From positions 1 through 17,455 of the forward strand of contig JBCNUW010000028.1 in the NCBI GenBank assembly GCA_039630575.1: 17,455 nt of DNA, in the 5' to 3' direction. Positions 15,371-17,455 of the stretch are shown here, piece by piece (within the stretch, counting starts at the first letter, position 1; every line of letters starts with the position of its first letter). The translations under genes were made by a program, and so were the position numbers. This stretch comes from Candidatus Hydrothermales bacterium (GTDB lineage Bacteria; Hydrothermota; Hydrothermia; Hydrothermales; JAJRUZ01). The notes under the pieces are model-generated. The model did no database searches. It saw only the letters and a list, made by a program, of their open reading frames with translations, and was not told the origin of the DNA.

Positions 15371-16894
15371 ATGAAAGTGATAGAAAAAGACTTAAACTTT
15401 GAAGATAAACTTTGGAAGGGCGCTGATAAATTAAGAAAAAAGATAGAGGTTCATGAATATAAATATGTAGTTTTAGGTCTTATATTTTTGAGATATTTAT
15501 CTTTTGCCTTTGAAGAAAAAAGAAAGAAAATAAAAGAAATTTATTCTGAAAAATTCTTAAATAAAGTAAGTGAAGATAAAGATGTGTATCTTGCAAATGG
15601 AACCTTATATGTTCCAGAAAAAGCAAGGTGGGATTATATAAAAAAGAATGCAAACCAGAAAAATATTGGGGAGATTATTAACGATGCAATAGAAGAACTT
15701 GAAAATAATTATCCAAGACAATTAAAAGATGTAATTCCCAAGATATATTCAAGGGTTAATCTTGACCATTACGACTTTGCTTATCTTATAAATCTTTTTT
15801 CGGAGATCGGTTTTGATGAAAAGCATTTTGATAAAGATATATTTGGGAGAATTTATGAATATTTCCTCGGGAAATTCACAGAAGCAGAAGGTAGAAAAGG
15901 AGGTGAATTTTATACTCCTCGTTCTTTAACAAAACTCATAGTTGAAATTTTAGATGTAAAAGAGGGAAGGATTTTTGACCCTGCTTGTGGTTCTGGAGGA
16001 TTTTTTGTTTCAGCTCTTAATAAAATTGAAAGGGAAGGAATCGAAAAAGAAAAATTGTCAATATATGGACAAGAATCAAAAGAATTTGTTTGGAAGATGT
16101 GTAAAATGAATTTAGTAATAAGAGGTGCTGAAGGAGATATAAGATGCGGTGATTCATATCATGATGATAAGTTTTTTGATCTAAGAGCAGAATATGTGGT
16201 TTCAAATCCTCCTTTCAATGATAGTGCCTGGGGAAGGGACAGGATAAAAGAAAGTGATCCAAGATTTAAATATGGGCTTCCACCAGAGAATAATGCAAAT
16301 TTTGTATGGATACAGCATTACATATATCATCTTGCACCTAATGGTAAAGCAGGATTTGTTATGGCAAATGGTGCTTTATCTGGTGGAGGAGTGGAAGGGG
16401 AAATAAGAAAAAGAATAATTGAAGATGACCTTGTATATGGAATAATAGCAACTCCGCCAAAAATGTTTTATACCGTTTCTCTTCCCGCATCATTATGGTT
16501 TTTACGAAGAGCAAAACCCGAGCATATGAAAAATAAAATACTTTTCATTTACGCAAAAAAGCTATTTAAGCCAATATCAAGAAGGCAAAATGTTTTCACT
16601 GAGGAGCACATTTCAAAAATTGTTGAAAAATTCAGAATGTTTGAAAAAGGAGAATCAGAAGATAAAATAAATGAAACAGGTTTTTCAAAAGTTGCAACGA
16701 TTGAAGAGGTTGCTAAAAATGGTTATGTTTTAACCCCTGGAAGATATGTTGGAATAAAAGTTGAAGAAGAGGAAGAGCCATTTGAAGAGAAGATGAGTAA
16801 ATATTCTACTGAATTGAAGAAATTACTTGATGAAGAAGAGAAGTTAACAAAAAGGATAAAAGAAGTATTTGAGGGGCTTGGATGGAAGATATGA
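15371..16894 (+). CDS. hsdM: Type I restriction-modification N6-adenine methyltransferase (M subunit)
   Basis: LWKGADKLR, EYKYVVLGLIFLRYLS, GRIYEYFL, GGEFYTPR, motif I DPACGSGG, motif IV NPPFN and YVLTPGRYVG. The true start may be GTG 15377. Confidence 0.95.
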   Translation: MKVIEKDLNFEDKLWKGADKLRKKIEVHEYKYVVLGLIFLRYLSFAFEEKRKKIKEIYSEKFLNKVSEDKDVYLANGTLYVPEKARWDYIKKNANQKNIGEIINDAIEELENNYPRQLKDVIPKIYSRVNLDHYDFAYLINLFSEIGFDEKHFDKDIFGRIYEYFLGKFTEAEGRKGGEFYTPRSLTKLIVEILDVKEGRIFDPACGSGGFFVSALNKIEREGIEKEKLSIYGQESKEFVWKMCKMNLVIRGAEGDIRCGDSYHDDKFFDLRAEYVVSNPPFNDSAWGRDRIKESDPRFKYGLPPENNANFVWIQHYIYHLAPNGKAGFVMANGALSGGGVEGEIRKRIIEDDLVYGIIATPPKMFYTVSLPASLWFLRRAKPEHMKNKILFIYAKKLFKPISRRQNVFTEEHISKIVEKFRMFEKGESEDKINETGFSKVATIEEVAKNGYVLTPGRYVGIKVEEEEEPFEEKMSKYSTELKKLLDEEEKLTKRIKEVFEGLGWKI

Positions 16895-17214
16895 GGGAAA
16901 AAACTATTAAAGAATTGATAGAGAAAATTTTTCAGGAAAGAGGGATAAAAGTTAATAAAATTATTCTTTTTCTTTTTGGTTCAAGAGCAAAAGGAAAGCA
17001 CAGAAAAGAAAGTGATTGGGACTTACTTATTATAATAAATCAAGAATTATCAAGAGAAAAAAAGTTAGAAATTTCCCATCTTATAAGAAGGGGACTTGCA
17101 GAGAGATTTATACCTTGTGATGTTTTAATAAAATCAGAAAAAGAAGTGGAGAAAAGAAAAGAAGTTATTGGTAGTATAATAAAAACAGCTATTAAAGAGG
17201 GAGTTGTTTTATGA
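16891..17214 (+). CDS. MNT nucleotidyltransferase domain protein (MntA-like antitoxin)
   Basis: Intact GSx10DxD motif (FGSRAKGKHRKESDWD) and C-terminal EGVVL. ATG 16891 overlaps the hsdM stop (ATGA), so it is preferred over 16882. Confidence 0.85.
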   Translation: MREKTIKELIEKIFQERGIKVNKIILFLFGSRAKGKHRKESDWDLLIIINQELSREKKLEISHLIRRGLAERFIPCDVLIKSEKEVEKRKEVIGSIIKTAIKEGVVL

Positions 17215-17273
17215 TAAGCGAGGAGGTAAAGAAATGGTTGATAAAGAAAGATATCCCGATGAGTTTTATATAG
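17211..17273 (+). pseudogene. HEPN toxin remnant with a large internal deletion
   Basis: ATGA overlap with the MNT stop. MISEEVKKWLIK (typical HEPN N-terminus) is joined, in another frame, to ERYPDEFYI (17246-17272), typical of the late 'RYP' segment of the same HEPN family. Confidence 0.65.
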
Positions 17274-17285
17274 GAGGTAAAAATT

Positions 17286-17455
17286 ATGATCAAAGAAATA
17301 GAAATTAAACCGGAAGTTTTATCAGTATTAATAAAAACATCTGGATATGAAAAAAAAGAAATATCACAGAAAATGCAAATTTCCTCTGAAAAAATAGAGC
17401 AAGGTAAACTTACCTTATCTCAATTAAAGAGACTTGCAGAAATTTTAAAACGACC
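17286..17455 (+). CDS. XRE-type HTH protein, 3'-partial (possibly the N-terminus of an HTH-ImmA/IrrE metallopeptidase fusion)
   Basis: SD AGGAGG at 17272-17277. Open to the window end: MIKEIEIKPEVLSVLIKTSGYEKKEISQKMQISSEKIEQGKLTLSQLKRLAEILKR(P), matching the 'I.PE.L...R..SG....E.A......T..QL..LA....RP' pattern. Confidence 0.6.
   Translation, partial: MIKEIEIKPEVLSVLIKTSGYEKKEISQKMQISSEKIEQGKLTLSQLKRLAEILKR

Noticed and set aside
16017..16205. Minus-strand 62-aa ORF
   Set aside because: Antisense shadow inside hsdM.
1..17455. CRISPR array, IS element or rRNA
   Set aside because: No regularly spaced repeats, terminal inverted repeats with a transposase, or long GC-rich non-coding stretch; the intergenic gaps are too short.

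Overview
Low-GC, gene-dense bacterial chromosomal window, probably from a thermophile (inferred from a TtuA-type tRNA thiolase). In order: the 3' part of a YfhO/GT-C-like membrane protein gene; tRNA-Glu(CTC) and tRNA-Gln(CTG) behind a near-consensus sigma70 promoter; a tightly packed run of degP/htrA, lepB, ttuA, a GT2 glycosyltransferase, a BshB1/PIG-L deacetylase and a divergent BshC-like protein; a minus-strand pair (macro domain, YbbR/CdaR); a second run of a multi-ACT-like unknown protein, sucC, asd, an RpoD-family sigma factor with a ~134-aa insertion in region 4, and a nitrilase-family hydrolase; then, from ~14.8 kb, a defence-island edge where type I hsdM sits between two decayed MNT-HEPN toxin-antitoxin modules, followed by a partial XRE-HTH gene. 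The best candidate for an undescribed system is the GT2 + deacetylase + BshC-like cassette, which has bacillithiol-like logic with a different glycosyltransferase and is coupled to ttuA. The inserted sigma factor and the four-ACT protein come next. All family calls rest on motifs recognised by eye; no searches were run.
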